Assembly: GCF_963506605.1 (NCBI RefSeq)
Contig: NC_083277.1
Location: 19,716,001-19,780,000, forward strand
Reading direction: 5' to 3'
Source of the DNA: Zootoca vivipara
Taxonomy: Eukaryota
DNA: 64,000 nt
Made by a program: the position numbers and the translations under genes
The notes under the pieces: generated by a model
Told to the model about the DNA's origin: nothing
The model's database searches: none
The model's input: the letters and a program-made list of their open reading frames with translations, nothing else
In this document: piece after piece, positions 25,001 to 38,786 of the stretch
Position numbering within the stretch: position 1 is the first letter of the stretch
How the letters are laid out: each line of letters starts with the position of its first letter

Positions 25001-25409
25001 ATATTGTTAGGGCTCTGGGGGGAAATGTTTTCACCTGGCGCCAAAAAAGATCACAAGGTTAGTACCAGGTGGGCCTCCTTAGAGAGAATATTCCATAAAT
25101 GGGAGCTACTACAGAAAAGACCTGTCTGGCCATTGGCACCCTCCAGACTTCCCTTGGAGGTGGCATTCAGAGAAGAGCTTCAGATGATGATCTAAGGGTG
25201 CCAGTTTTTAGCTATCATGGTCCTGAACCATATAACAGTCAAAACCAGCACTTTGAATTGGGTCTGGACAAAAATTGGAAGCCAGTGCTGTTGGGCCACC
25301 ATCATGCCACCTTCTTCCAGTCCATAATTTAGCTGCCTGTTCTTATTTCACCTTCCCCAACAGCAGATCTGTCACCTGCACCCAGTTCCCCCCCCCACCT
25401 ACCTTGTCC

Positions 25410-25442
<33 letters not shown>

Positions 25443-28166
25443 TAACCAGCTCCTGTGCTGTTTCACTAGGCTTCCACGTTTACTTTTCACCGTTCCTCTT
25501 TCCCTGGCAGTCAAGGTTGGTTCGCAATCAGATCCCCTATTTCATCTGGACCAACCGGCGTGATGTCATTGACTGCCGCCTCCTGCGAAAAGATCAGATG
25601 ATGAACCACTATGCCAAGGCGGGCACCTTCACCACCAAGGTGGGCAGAGTTTTTGCTTCTTGAACGCCAGGGCCATGCTAGCAGAGTGCGAATAGCGCTC
25701 TGAGTTGGGGAAATGAATCTGCAGGATCTGGGCCCAGCTGGCTTGTGTATGTGTGCTGTGGGGACTTGGGAAATTAAGCCGCTGCAAAGGCATCCATCCC
25801 TTCTTTCTCAGGTAGGGCTGTGTCTTAACCTGCGAAACCTGCCATGGTTTGACCAGGCTGATGCCGATACCTTTTTCCCACGTTGTTACCGCCTTGGAGC
25901 TGAAGATGAAAAGCATGCCTTTATTGGTGAGAACTGTTCACAATGCTCTCCTTCGGTGGGGTGGGGAAGAGAAAGAAACTCCTTGACTCTAGCACAATGG
26001 GCTCCTTGCTTGCCCTACCTTTGGGGTAAGAGATGCCTTATCCCAGAGTAAAGGACCACCATGTTTTCGGATATACTTTCTACTTTGGCGCTTGGCTCGG
26101 GGGACTGGCAGCGGCAGCGACACTTGCCTTCCCTGAGCAAGCGCCGTTGCCACCATCAGTCCCCTGAGCCAAGTGCCCTTCCCCGAGCCAAGCGCCCGCT
26201 GCACTTCGGCTTGGGAGACTGGGCGGCGGCAGCAGCACTTGCTCTCTTGGTTCAGGGAAGGCAGGCAGGCAGGCGGCAGCAGCCCCAGAGCCGAAGTGCA
26301 ACAGGCGCTGCTTGCCGGGGCTGTTGCCGCCTGCCTGCCTGCCTGCCTTCCCCGAGCCAAGCGAGCAAGCGCCGCCGCCCCCGCCAGTCCCCCGGAGCCC
26401 ATAGGAACGCATTGATTAAGTTTCAGTGCATTCCTATGGGAAACCGTGACTCGCAAGACAAACTTTTCGTAGGACGAATTGACTCCTGCAATGAATTAAA
26501 TTCGTCTTGTGAGGTACCACTGTAGGTTATTCAAGCTAACACACATCAAGTTGCTTCTGTTGTTGCTGTTACTATACGTGCCACTTTTCAGCGTGTCTTA
26601 AGAAAAAACCCACCCAGTCCTCATGGGGCTTACAATCTAAATGTTGACAGGACAGGAAACTAAGGGGAGGGGAGGCAAGTAAAGAAAGGGCAGTACCTAC
26701 CACCATAGTGTAGGATCTTGCCCAGGGAAATGGCTCCCATGCCATTAGTAGAAAGTGTGAGTGGATCATGAATGGGCATTTCCCCAGAAACATTGCAAGT
26801 TCTTGTTTGGCCTACTTTTAAATGAGTAAGATTAATCCCTGTGGATGAGTCTTTAATAAGCTTGTAAAAAAAAGAAAAGTGTGTTATTCAGCTCTGTGTA
26901 AATTATGTCCCATTTAAATGGTTACCCATCCTGAGTCCTTAGGATGGGGTGAAATAGAAATGAAAACAAATACTTCCGTAGGCACAGACCATTCATTCAT
27001 TCATTCATTCATTCATTTCTTTTCAAGCACATGTACCCCACCCTTCAGCCAAAAAAGATTTCCGAAGCAGATTACATACAATCAAAACAGAACAGTCCCT
27101 ACCTGTAGGCTTATATTTAAAAAAAACAGGCGCGCGCACACACACCACGCAAGGGAAAAAGACAGGGAGGGAAGAGGGAAATCAAAATTCAGGCATCAAT
27201 TTCTAAATATGATGACCAGCTGGCACAAATCAGGGCCAGGAGACACCCGATGGAACTGGGCCTCCAGCAAAGCTAATGAAAAGAGCCCTTGCTTCCCATC
27301 TCCTCCACTGAGGCAGCTGGATTGAATGGGTGCCCTCAAATGACAGTTATGGGGGGAGGATAGTTTAGGGGTTCCTTCCCCCCCCTGGATTCTCACCAGA
27401 GAATTATGTGTCCTTCCTCCCTTTTATGGCAGAGGATTTCCAGCTCACTGCGGCCAGGAGCCTTCTCAAAGTGGTGGTGAAACGATACTGGAATGAACCT
27501 CCCGACATGACAAGACTGGATGCTAATCAGAATGAGCCCCCAAATTTCCCAGAGACTCCAGGTAAGCGGTAGGAGCTGTGTTTTCAAAAAAGGAACAGCC
27601 ACAGAGATTTCTCTATTGCTGTCTCCAGCGAGTACCTGGAAAAGGTCTGGATGGGAGAGCAGAATGTGTGATAAATTGCCTTTCTCTTGAAATTTTTGCT
27701 AATGCCACCAGTTGTGTTCTAGGGGAGACTATTGAGAAGTGGCTATGGGTTACCTCCCAAAGTGTAACCCCGTGGCTTTTTCTCTGAGATATTTTTCTCA
27801 GCTAAGTGATCCTTCTCTTGTCTATGGTTGGGCAGGCCTCCTTTGTGTAAGAAGAGAGAATGGAGTAGAGGTGTTTGGCATGCAAATTAACTTTCTTTCC
27901 AGTGGAGATTAGATCAAAATAATTGAAGCATGAGCTTGCTTCAAGTCTTCCATGTGAAAATGTCCTAAGAAAGAAGTGTTATGGAGTTTCTTTATCTGAA
28001 GTGAGCTGGGTGGGTGGGTGGGTGGGTGTAGCTTTTAGGCTCCCCCAGATCACTGATCACTTTTTCCAAGTCAGTTTCCAACCACCACTCCTCAGTGTCC
28101 AGCCAGACCCTGACAACTGGGAATCTGTTTAAGTTGTTTGTAAAAAAAGACCTAGGTTTCTGTTTG

Positions 28167-28202
<36 letters not shown>

Positions 28203-28400
28203 AGCTTGCTTTCATTTCAGACACTTCAAGTGTCCCTATTTTTCAGGGACAGTCCTGGATTTATGGAAACCATCCATGTTTCTGATTTGATCCTGAAATG
28301 TACCACTTTTCTTTAGGACGTCCCTATTTTATCGGAGAAATGTTGGAGGATATGGAGTTATGTGACTCCTGAGCTATCTGATGGCAGCCCTGTATAGGGA

Positions 28401-28444
<44 letters not shown>

Positions 28445-31400
28445 CATATGTATATAAATGTTGGAAGCCACCCAGAGTGGCTTGGGCAACCCTTATTATA
28501 ATTGAATAGAATGTCCCTATTTTCATGGGAGAAATGTTGGAAGGTCTGTGATTTACAGGGAGCAGCAGAAAACAGTATCTCAGGCAGTCTTGCTTTGTGT
28601 GCATTGCATAACTGGCTCAACAACCCTTCGTTTTCAAAAGTCAAACAGTACACCAGCCGGAAGAAAGGGGTCCTGCTCTCATCCCAGCTGATTGAGACTG
28701 CGATACATGCCTGCGAGGAACACATGAGCAGCTTGAGGCACCAGGACATTGACAGAGAATCCGGCTCTTCTTTGCTAATGAAAAAGTCACACTGGGAAAA
28801 GTTTCTACATGGCTACTACCAGCTAGCCCAGTAAGTATAGGTGATCCTGGAATATACCACACAGCAAAACCATCTGTTTTTGAACCCGGAAAGCCCTAAT
28901 TTCAGAACTGGGTCTTTGTGCAAATTTGCCATATCAGTGTCCATTTTTGCATGGAGTGGAATCCACCAAGTTGACTTTAACTCAGGCAAGGAGACTTCAT
29001 CTTCCTCTCGTCTCTCCACCTCGTTCTCACAGCCTCCCCCCCCCAAAAAAAACTTTATTTGAGGGTATTCAGAAGGCTGGAGGTAGGCAGTGGAAGCTGA
29101 AATAATGTTGCGCAAGTGGGAGTCCATTCTGTTTATGCTTGGACAGCACCTGGGTGCAACATGTTCTGTGCCTATGTGCTCATTTCAGTTTAGCAATATT
29201 TGTCGCCCCACTTTTTTTCCTTTTCTATTTTTTGCAGAATCGTTTTAGGAAAGAACGTATGATGCACATAAAGATTTTGAGTTTAGGGCGCTTGGTTTTG
29301 TAGCTTGCCCCTGACAAAAGAGGACACACCAGGCAGGACTGAACCACAAACTTTGTGTCATTATCTTCTCTGCAGCCCCTGCCTTCCTCCTTCCTCCTTG
29401 CTCTCTTCCTGCCCTTCTTCCCCCCTCTGAGCATCCTTGGGAATTGGGTTCATGTGATCACGATGGCATGAGGGCAGCCTACATAAACTCTGAAGGGACA
29501 ATCTCCTAACACAAACAGGGGAATAAACTACACCTATCAGGATTACAGCAACTGGGTATGTAGAGGAAGATACAGGGACTTAATGGGGAACTTGAAGGAA
29601 GGTCTGGGGTTTGTATTGTGTAAAGAAATTCTTATTCCCCCGACTACTGGAAGGTCTTGCCAGATTAAACCTGGATTTCTTTCTAGGGGCATTGAGCAGA
29701 AACTCCTTGAACACCTTTCATTTCCTTCACAACTGTGAGAGCTGGAAATGTTTCTCTATTTTCAAATGAAATTTTGCAGGAATCGGCAGACTGAGAAGTG
29801 CCCATGCAGAAATTTGTTGTGTAGGTTATGTGAATTATGTTGCGTGAATTAGGCGGTTTTGCTCATCTTTACATGTTTGTGCTCTTATTCTCTTTCTCTC
29901 TCCTGCTTTGTTTTTAATCATCACAAACTGGGGACAATAAAATTGGGGGCTATGTCTGAAAGACTGAAGGGAAATGACTGTCAAACCTGAGTACGAAGGC
30001 CCTAGGCCTGGGAAACAATGGAGAGAGGAAGGGATTGCAGTTGGGTACTGAAACCTGAGCCACCTGGAAGGTTTTCCCAGGTGCTCTATAGCACCTGAGA
30101 CGTTGTGCTTGAAAATGCTCACGGTATCCCAAGCCAGGGATGGGGAACATGCGGCCTACTCAATGTTGTTGGGCTAAACTCCTATAGGGTGGTATCCCAT
30201 TGAAGTAGTTCCATCAGCACAAGGACTTTCTCTCCCCGCATGCTCCCACACCCTCTCCAAATATCCTCCAGAGGGTTGGGAGAACCCCAAGAACAGATTT
30301 GGGGGTGCATGGGAGAAGGGGGGAAGTTCATTGTGCAACCAGAATCATAGAATCATAGAGTTGGAAGAGACCACAAGGGCCAACCCCCTGCCAAGCAGGA
30401 AACACCATCAAAGCATTTCTAACAGATGGCTGTCAAGCCTCTGCTTAAAGACCTCCAAAGGAGGAGACTCTGCCACACTTCTTGGCAGCAAATTCCACTG
30501 TTGAACAGCTCTTACTGTCAGGAAGTTCTTCCTAATGTTTAGGTGGAATCTTCTTTCTTGTACAGTAGTTTGAATCCATTGCTCCGTGTCCGCTTCTCTG
30601 GAGCAGCAGAAAACAACCTTTCTCCCTCCTCTATATGACATCCTTTTATATATTTGAACATGGCTATCATATCACCCCTTAACCTTCTCTTCTCCAGGCC
30701 AAACATACCCAGCTCCCTAAGCCGTTCCTCATAAGGCATTGTTTCCAAGCCTTTGACCATTGAAGTCCTTATGCAAATGGAACTACGTTGTCAGATACTG
30801 CCCACAATCCCTTGACGTGTTGGCTGATAGGCGTTAGAGTCCAATAATATCTGGAGAGCCACATGTTCCCTCTGTGACTGCAAGGGCTGTAAAACTGTTC
30901 ATGGTGAAACGGTCCATTAGGAAGCCATATTCTGAGATTTACCAACTGGTCATAACCGTGCCAATTTCTAGATAAAGCTGTGGTTGAGTCCGATATACAG
31001 CTCGTTTTTCTAGAATAGCTGCCTGTCTGAACCGAATGGATTGTGTTGGCTGGAGAATGGGTGGGGGTCCTTGCTCTGAGTGTTTGTGTTTGCAGCGAGG
31101 GGGCACAGATGGTGCAGACAGGTGCCCACGTCGAGCGGTGCGAAGACGTCCTTCAACGACTGTCAAAGGTCGTCCCGCAGCTGGACATGGAAGGGGACAG
31201 GAACATATGGATTGTGAAGCCAGGAGCCAAGTCCCGGGGCAGAGGTGAGAGAAGTGGTGTTGCATAAAGGAGGGGAGTTGAAAATCCAAAAGAGTATATA
31301 AGGGGGAGACTGGGAGAAAATGGACTTGGCAAAGGGCTTGTTCACGCTGTGCTTCTTCCTGAGCAGTGGCACCCTGACCACATCCCTATTGTGCCCTTCT

Positions 31401-32721
31401 TGAGTTTGCTGCTATTAAAAAATCTTGGTTGCTAAGGCACTTTGCACAACTGGTGCAGCCCTCACACAGCAGGCTTAGAGAGGATCATAGAATCATAGAG
31501 TTGGAAGAGAGCACAAGGGCCATCCAGTCCAACCCCCTGCCAAGCAGGAAACACCAGGAGGGAGAGGAGAGGAGAGGGTGTGCTGCCTTGACATCCAGCA
31601 GTTGAAACGCGAGGAGGGTTTTTTCGGCCTCTCTCTTGAGTTCACACAATCAAATGAGACAGTGAAGGCCGACTGAGAAGGGACTGAGAAGCCTGTCCTA
31701 GTGGCCGATTGAGGTTGCTCAGAGTTAACCCACAACTATGAACCAGCCTTATAGGGTGAGAGCCAAAGGGTTTGTTTTTCCTCCCTTTTTCCTCCAAAAC
31801 ACTTTCCCTTTTTGTGTTGTGACTTTCAGATCGTAAGCCCAAAGGCATATCCTTTCCTATCATTGACACCTGTTAGCCTTTCTTAGGGTTGATATACATC
31901 CAGAATTTCCTGGATATAGCCAGTATTCAGCCCTCGAGCGGAAATGGCAGCCTGTGTTGGTAGTGTAGATTTTTGTGATTTTCATTAAAGCTCAACAACT
32001 TTCGTGTCCAGATTTTCACTTTTTTAAATGTGGCAACCCTAGGCCCTTTCTGAAACTCTTTTTTTGTTGTTGCTGGCGAAGTACAAGATAAAAATGCATT
32101 ATGTTAGTCCTGCCACGACAACCTGGTTATGCAGGACTCCTGATATGACTGCCACCTTCAGGAGTTTCACAGTTACCCTAGAAGTTCTCTTTGTTGAGTG
32201 GAGGTTGGACACCAGTAACACAAAAACATGCACTTTGTGTCTCTTGCCATCTCTGATGCATCAGCTGTGGAAAGAGTGTTGTCTGCCTAGCTTGGCTTCT
32301 GCAGAAAGGGTGCCTGAGCTTTTTGCTTTGCTCTGAACTGCTCTGATAGCAAGGATGTGGGGATGGAATGGACGTGGGTCTGTCACGACTGTGAGGGCTT
32401 TTGTTTGTTTCCCAACAGGCATCATGTGCATGGACCGCTTGGAGGAAATAGTGAAGCTAGTGGACTGCGACCCCATGATCGTAAAGGACGGCAAGTGGGT
32501 GGTGCAGAAATACATTGAGACGCCCCTGCTCATCTTTGGCACCAAGTTCGATCTGCGCCAGTGGTTCCTGGTGACCGACTGGAACCCACTGACCATCTGG
32601 TTTTACCAGCACAGCTACATCCGCTTCTCCACGCAGCCCTTTTCCCTACACAAACTGGACACGTGAGTGCTTATCTTCTCCATGGCTGGATCCAGCTTTA
32701 TGTTGCACTTGTATGTGTGCG

Positions 32722-32792
<71 letters not shown>

Positions 32793-35700
32793 TGCTGCTT
32801 TGTGAAGACTGTTCTGTGCATGCCACTCACAGTCTTAAATAGTCTCGTTGATGTCCCATGAGGACTATAGCTCCACAGAAGAGCATCTGCCTTGCTTATG
32901 CACTGGCATCTCCAGGTGGGATTGCGAATCTCTCCAGCTTGAGAGCTGCTGCCAGTCTGTGCTGACAATACTAAGTTAGGTGCACTGGCAGAGCTTCATG
33001 CTCCGGCACTGGGGACGGGGGCAGAGCTGGCACGCGTTCTGGGGGCGGGGGAACAGCCGCCATGGCGCCCTCAGGATCGCGCTGCCCGGGGTGGAGCGCC
33101 CCCATTGCCCCTCCCTTCCTACGCCCCTGGCTAGGTGGACCATTGGCCTGACAGTATAAAGCAGCTTTCTGTGTTCTTCTAAATTCTGCAGGATCATCCC
33201 AATTATTATTCCCAAGTAAATAGTTTGTGAACTACAGCTCTGACCATTTAAGTGGATTAAACCTGCCTGAAAGCTTGGGAATCTTCATATATGTTTTTGT
33301 GTGTGTGTTTAAAATCTCTCGGTAAGGCACCTTGTGAGGGCAATGTGCCCCGCCAAGCAGGTTAGAAATCTGCTGCGTGAAATTATTTAAATCAGCGCTC
33401 TTTTGCAGACCAGCGTGCTCTGTAAACATTGCCAAAGCAACTTGACTCGCATAATGTAACCGGGGAAAGGCATGTGACGGTAGCTGGCCAGTGAATATCT
33501 TGGAGAGCCCCAAGAGAGGGCAGCTGAGGGTGGAGAAGAAATGCAGGATGGAAGAAAGGAAAAAAAGAACTGGTGGAGGAGGAGTGAATGTCTAGTATGA
33601 GCATGAAAAAGGAGTTGGGAGCCTGGGTGTAATAAGGAGAGAGTACTTCGGAGAGGGATGCAGATAGGATTTGTTCAGAGAGCCACAAGGGTGATGTGGG
33701 GCTAAAGTAGAGGGAGATGAGGTTTCTGAGGAAGGGAGAATGCAGAGCAATGCAAAGCAAAGCAGTCATGCCTTGCGCTTTGCTGGAGCCTAGCAGGGGA
33801 GAAATGCCCAAGAAGTACTGTGGTTACCATGCTGGTAAGTCAGCTGCTGTGGGGGGGGGGGTAGAACTCTTCCTTGTGTACAGGGCTTCTTTGGAATGCA
33901 GAATGAGGCTTCTTGACAGCAGCACATACAGGGAAGAAGTATCTCTGATCACCATAGATGGGAAGGAGTTTAGAATGGGGAGCAGCTCAGTGGCCGAGCC
34001 TCTGCTTTGCATGAAGAAGGTGCCATGTTCAGTCCCCAGAATCTCCTGGTAAGGCTGGAAAAGCCTCCTTCCCAAAATCCTTGAGTGCCGCTGCACTATT
34101 GCCCCTATAGATGACGCTGAGCTAGATGGGCTGACTCTGCCTAAGGCAGATTTCCTGTGCTCCTATTGTGGCTTAGCAGGGATGGATCACGCACCTCCCG
34201 GTTCCCAATCCTGTATTGTTGCCCGATGCACCTGACCCCCGCCCCTTGTGGACTGATCTCACCCTCCTCTCCAACCCAGCTCCATCCACCTGTGCAACAA
34301 CTCCATCCAGAAGCACTACGAGAACTCGTTGAACCGCCACGCTGAGCTCCCCCGCGACAACATGTGGTCGTCCGAGCAGTTCCAGGCCCACCTGCGACAG
34401 ATGGGGGCCCCCGAGGCGTGGTCCACGGTGATTGTGCCCGGCATGAAGGCTGCGATCATTCACGCCATGCAGACCTCGCAGGACTTGGTGGAGTTCCGCA
34501 AAAACAGCTTTGAGCTCTACGGTGCAGACTTCCTCTTTGGAGAAGATTACCAGCCGTGGCTGATTGAGATCAATGCCAGCCCCACCATGGCAGCCTCCAC
34601 TGCCATCACTACCCGCCTTTGTGCCAGCGTGCAGGAGGACACCTTGCGTGTGGTCATCGATCGCAAGTACGATCGCAATTGCAACACCGGATACTTTGAG
34701 CTCATCTACAAACAGGTTAGTGCACAGGGCCCAGCTGTCTTAGCCTTAGGGACTGGGATTAGCTGCTTGGTTAAAGCATCTCCCCAGTCTGCCTTATTTG
34801 CCTTGCACTGGCTCTGCCTCCCTTTCCTTTGGGTTCTTGCTCTGCCACCATCTGGTAGCCTTCAATGCAGATGGCTCATCCTTTCTGCACTGAGGCTTTG
34901 CAGGCTGATTAGGTGCCTGAGGAGCCAGCTGGCAGGAATGGCCAACAGAAAATTAAAGGAGCTCATTCATAGCTGTTTTCAGTGCTTCATGGAATGGGAC
35001 AGGACCTCAAAGCAGGCCTGAGTTTCTTCTATACAGAGTGTGACTTGATTGGTTGGGAGGCGACACCACACACAGACTTCCCCTTTCTTCCTATATATAT
35101 AAAAACCTAAGGCTGTTGTCATGCTTTGTGCAGTTCACGTGGCCACCAGTAGGTGGCCATGCCAACGCCAGTGTGATAAACACAGGCAGGAGAACAAGGA
35201 AGCACTGCTGGTAGCAGGCAGCCCAGGAAGGAAGGAGAGGCACTTCACAGAGCAGTTTAGCAAGCCGTTATGAAGCATCCCTTGTCCTCTGTTAAAAGGT
35301 GTTTGGGGTTGGGATGCACTGTGAGGGAGGAGCGTGGGATGGACGCAGTGTAAAGAGAGTGGGGTTTGGTCAGGTGTGGGAGAAGGGCATCTGGTAAAGG
35401 GGTTGGTGGATAGGCCGGGTGAGTGGAACAGGCAAGCTTGGCAACCCCTAGTTGCTAGTCCAACCCCCTGAGTGCAGAAATCTCACGATCTACCTACTGA
35501 GCCTTCCAGATTTGGCAGCAGGCGCTGTTCTGAATGTACCTCCTGCAGAACTGCAGTGGATGGCCTCCTCTCTGGGTCATTCTGGGGTGGCTCTGCATCA
35601 GGTGGAGTTGGATCATTCCTTCACTCTGGTGCAGAGATGCTCCAGACTTACCTGTTATTGGAGGGGGCTTATGGGAAGGAGCATCACAGGACCCTTTTTA

Positions 35701-35839
35701 AAAATTCGGTTTTTTGCAAGCACCCTAGTGGTTCTCTCGAGATGCTGTAGCATGTATGTGGGCACAGTTTGGGAACAGCTTCTTTGGGCCTCCTCTGCAC
35801 CAGACACAGATGCATCCCGTGGACCATTTCTGCTTGATA

Positions 35840-35881
<42 letters not shown>

Positions 35882-37190
35882 TATACCCTGCCCATCTGGC
35901 TGAGTTTCCCCAGCCACTCTGGGTGGCTCCCAACAGAATATTTAAAACACAATAAAACCTCAAACATTAAAAACTTCCCTAAAACTTCCCTTCAGGTGTC
36001 TTCTAAAAGTCAGATACTGTAGTTGTTTATTACATTGGCACCTGATGGGAGGGTGTTCCACAAGGCAGGCGCCACTACCGAGAAGGCCCTCTGCCTGGTT
36101 CCCTGTAACCTCACTTCTCGCAGGGAAGGAACTGCCAGAAGACCCTCTGAGCTAGACCTCAGTGTCCAGTGATGAAACCGTATCCCCGAAGCCCTGTCTC
36201 AGGATATCTCTCTCAGCCTTGTGGCAGCTTGGCAAACCAGGGCCCACGAGAATCCCTGCTGCCCTGACCCTCTGAGCACGAGGGGGGGCTTGGCAGCCTC
36301 ACCCTGTTTCCCTCTTCTCCCCACAGGCTGCTGTGGAAATCCCTCAGTACGTTGGCACTAGCCTTTTGGTAGAAGGCTCCACCGTCAAGAGGCCTCCGCC
36401 CCAGAGAAGCCCCGTGCCTGGCGACGCCAAGAACAGCAGCGGGCCACATCCACCCAAGCACAAGCTGATCTACCGGCGCAGTAACCAGGATACCCCTCGA
36501 GCCCCGACCCCGTGCTGGGCATCCGCCAATGGCAAGGCAGCCGAGCCTGCGGCTCCTGGGAAGGAAAACAAGAAGGCACCCGGAAGCAAGGTCCCAACCG
36601 AGCCTGCGGCTCCTGGGAAGGAAAACAAAGCCCAGGAGAAGGCGCCCAGCAGCAAGGCCCCCGATTCGACGTCCGCAAGGTTCAAGCGGCCCAGCAAGCT
36701 CAACGCAGACCCCCGCAACCGGAAAGTGGTGATGGCCCATAGCATGGCTACCACCACGCTCGGCCCGGGGGGGAAGTTGTCCGGCCCGGCTCAGCTCTGT
36801 GCCACGTCCAGCTCCCAGAGCCTAGCCCCCCAGGAGCCCGCCCTCCACCAGGCCAAGGATCCCAAAGGCGCCGGCGCGGTGGCTCAGGTGCCCGGCAAGG
36901 CAGCCCCAATGCCAGGTAGGGAGCTGTGGCTGAAGATGCGGGCGCAGGAAATTGGTTCTCTCCCCCTCTCTCCTGACCTGGCGGCCTCTCGTGCTTCCTT
37001 CTCTCCCTCCTTCCCCGTGAGGGTCAGGGTGCAGCAGCAGCACCTGCGGAACTTGATGCACAGCATGCCTGTGCCCCCAAATCCCCCATCCCCCCCGGGC
37101 ATGGATTTAGTTTCAGCCACCGAACTCACTGCCATCAGAGCGTCTATGATCAGAAGGCGGCAGCAGAGGGAGGACAGGAGCCCCCATTGA
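22051..37190 (+). CDS. TTLL3: Tubulin monoglycylase TTLL3 (core exons)
   Basis: Phase-consistent exons 22051-22163, 22378-22552, 23931-23992, 25511-25639, 25812-25926, 27433-27561, 28641-28830, 31096-31244, 32419-32662, 34280-34715, 36327-37190. TTL-domain motifs [49 protein letters not shown]; syntenic position after ARPC4. Confidence 0.94.
22620..22680. repeat. (ATGT)n microsatellite
   Basis: Tetranucleotide run. Confidence 0.95.
24364..24602. mobile_element. Tigger-like MITE
   Basis: TA-CAGTGGTACCTC ... GAGGTTCCAC ends; related in opposite orientation to 42994-43235. Confidence 0.75.
26085..26522. mobile_element. Tigger-like element fragment with GC-rich internal inverted repeats
   Basis: Right TIR GAGGTACCACTG-TA; internal GGCAGGCAGGCAGGCGGCAGCAGCCC / GGGCTGTTGCCGCCTGCCTGCCTGCC. 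Confidence 0.65.
28222..28545. repeat. Interspersed repeat with repeated GTCCCTATTTT units and internal (TG)n
   Basis: Three GTCCCTATTTT motifs, two followed by GGAGAAATGTTGGA; (TG)n at 28405-28441. Confidence 0.55.
30341..30760 (-). mobile_element. CR1 LINE 3' fragment
   Basis: [40 protein letters not shown]; (TTCTATGA)n tail. Appears nested in an older MITE (~30188-30803). Confidence 0.9.
32725..32789. repeat. Compound (TG)n(AG)n microsatellite
   Basis: Adjacent perfect dinucleotide runs. Confidence 0.95.
32860..33180 (+). mobile_element. Squam3-like SINE split by a hAT-type MITE (32983-33129)
   Basis: SINE body resumes after the insert; 8-bp TSD GTTAGGTG/GCTAGGTG; insert ends CTACGCCCCTG. 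Confidence 0.6.
33977..34165 (+). mobile_element. Squam3-like tRNA-derived SINE
   Basis: A-box AGCTCAGTGG, B-box-like GTTCAGTCC, 3' TGAGCTAGATGG...AAGGCAG. Related copies at ~46430-46635 and ~48015-48205. Confidence 0.65.
35838..36168 (-). mobile_element. L2 LINE 3' fragment with (TAT)n tail
   Basis: Reverse complement of the L2 3' end seen at 6400-6690 and 56000-56290. Confidence 0.85.
36541..36628 (+). repeat. In-frame 57-bp-period duplication inside the TTLL3 last exon
   Basis: CCGAGCCTGCGGCTCCTGGGAAGGAAAACAA at 36541 and 36598 ([10 protein letters not shown] twice). Confidence 0.92.
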
Positions 37191-37356
37191 CCCAGGAGCA
37201 GCCCTCGTTCGGGGCTTGTCGCTGCAGGCAGGAATCATGCTACATATATATAAATAGATAGATACATATATATATTTATAGGGTCTGGGCAGCACTTCTT
37301 AATGGGGTTGTATGGAGAGGGAATCATGTTTTCTTAAGAGCTAGACTCTCCATCCC

Positions 37357-37362
37357 AATAAA
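37357..37362 (+). terminator. TTLL3 proximal polyadenylation signal AATAAA
   Basis: AATAAA 167 nt after the TGA ending at 37190. Confidence 0.6.
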
Positions 37363-37822
37363 GGACTTTGAAGGAACGTTGGCCACAGTGTGTGATGGCA
37401 GGGAGTGGGCCAAAGGAGGAGGTCGGATGAACTGCCTTTGGCATTTGTGTGGAGGGCAAAACTAAGGTTCCGTTTGCTGGGGGAAAGGTGGGCAGGGATG
37501 TGCTAGGAGCCAAGAGCAACACAGGGACTAAGGGAGGTGGAGAGAAACTGTGATACGAAGGGAAGAACTTTGATTCCAAGGACACCCGGAAGCATAGGTG
37601 CCAAGTTCCGGATTGAAAAATCCGAGATCAGCAGCGCCGCGGCACCGGAAGTCCGCTTCTACGCCGACTGGAACAGAGTGGGCTGAATCTCAGACAGAGG
37701 AAATTATGCAACTCGGGAGACCATCAGAAACCATAAGCTGATCAGGCAAAAATTGGTTCAATGTTGAAAAGAATAAGCAACAAGCATGTGAGATTCAGGC
37801 AGGGAGGTTCAAAAGGCTAGCA

Positions 37823-37917
37823 CAGGCATCCCCAAACTGCGGCCCTCCAGATGTTTTGGCCTACAACTCCCATGATCCCTAGCTAAGAGGACCCAGTGGT
37901 CAGGGATGATGAGAATA
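37823..37917. mobile_element. Short hAT MITE, right arm deleted
   Basis: CAGGCATCCCCAAACT start; TSD GGCTAGCA/GGCTAGCC. Confidence 0.7.
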
Positions 37918-38450
37918 GGCTAGCCTATGGGCCCCCCCAAGCAGGTTGCCCAAACAGCCAGTTGAACAGCCAAGGTCCCATGTGGCCCTGCTTTTAGGAA
38001 CACACCACAGTACAGATTAGCCCATTACAATTCAACTGCAGACCTCCTGACTGTAGGAGGCTCAGTCAGCAGACTCCTGAGACCATGGCGAGGAAGACAA
38101 ATGAGAGGGAGCCCTCCGCCTTGCTCTGTCTGCCATCAGATAGTTAAAATACCATGAAAACTGGTGGCTGGTCCTTAGGTAGGGAGAGAAATGGTATAAC
38201 AAAGTGCGTGCAAGAAAACCTTAGTAACCTGTGGTGTGGAATGAAGTTTGAGCAGGGGGTGCTCAGGGCACAGAGCCAAGATGAAAAAATTGCATTTGCT
38301 AATGTGTCTGTACAGATCCCTCTGGGAAATTAAGACGGCGGGTGACTGCCGTCTCACCAGCATTGTGTTTTGCACCCAGACACATGTAAGTCATTTTTAC
38401 AAAACTGGGTGGGAGGAAAGGAGAAAGCGGCCTAGGCCACTGCATAACTA

Positions 38451-38786
38451 CAAGTGAAACTCAGAAAATTAGAATATCATCAAAAAGTGCATTTATTTCA
38501 GTAATGAAACATTTTAAAAAAATTTTTACAAATGCTTTCTTTTGGAAATTCCACAGTAATAAAACAAATAGTTACAATAATACAAAAAATAAAATAAACA
38601 TCGCTATTACATTTCATTAATTACGTTCAATTTATAATTGACCCACCTAACAAAAAATAATTACAATTACAACAATCTTGCTTTGCATGTCATGCATCTA
38701 TCTTATATATTGGTTTCACCTTTTAAGTTGCGTTACTGAAATAAATGCACTTTTCGACGATATTCTAATTTTCCGAGTTTCACCTG
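38451..38786. mobile_element. Tc1-like MITE, copy 1
   Basis: ~55-bp TIR (CAAGTGAAACTCAGAAAATTAGAATATC... / ...GATATTCTAATTTTCCGAGTTTCACCTG); TA TSD; AT-rich core. Confidence 0.88.

Noticed and set aside
25989-26525. Overlapping 150-aa ORFs on both strands (also 40146-40678)
   Set aside because: Arise from GC-rich palindromic transposon interiors.
33977-34050. tRNA-like A/B boxes (also the Sauria SINE heads)
   Set aside because: They continue into SINE bodies and do not form complete cloverleafs; not tRNA genes.
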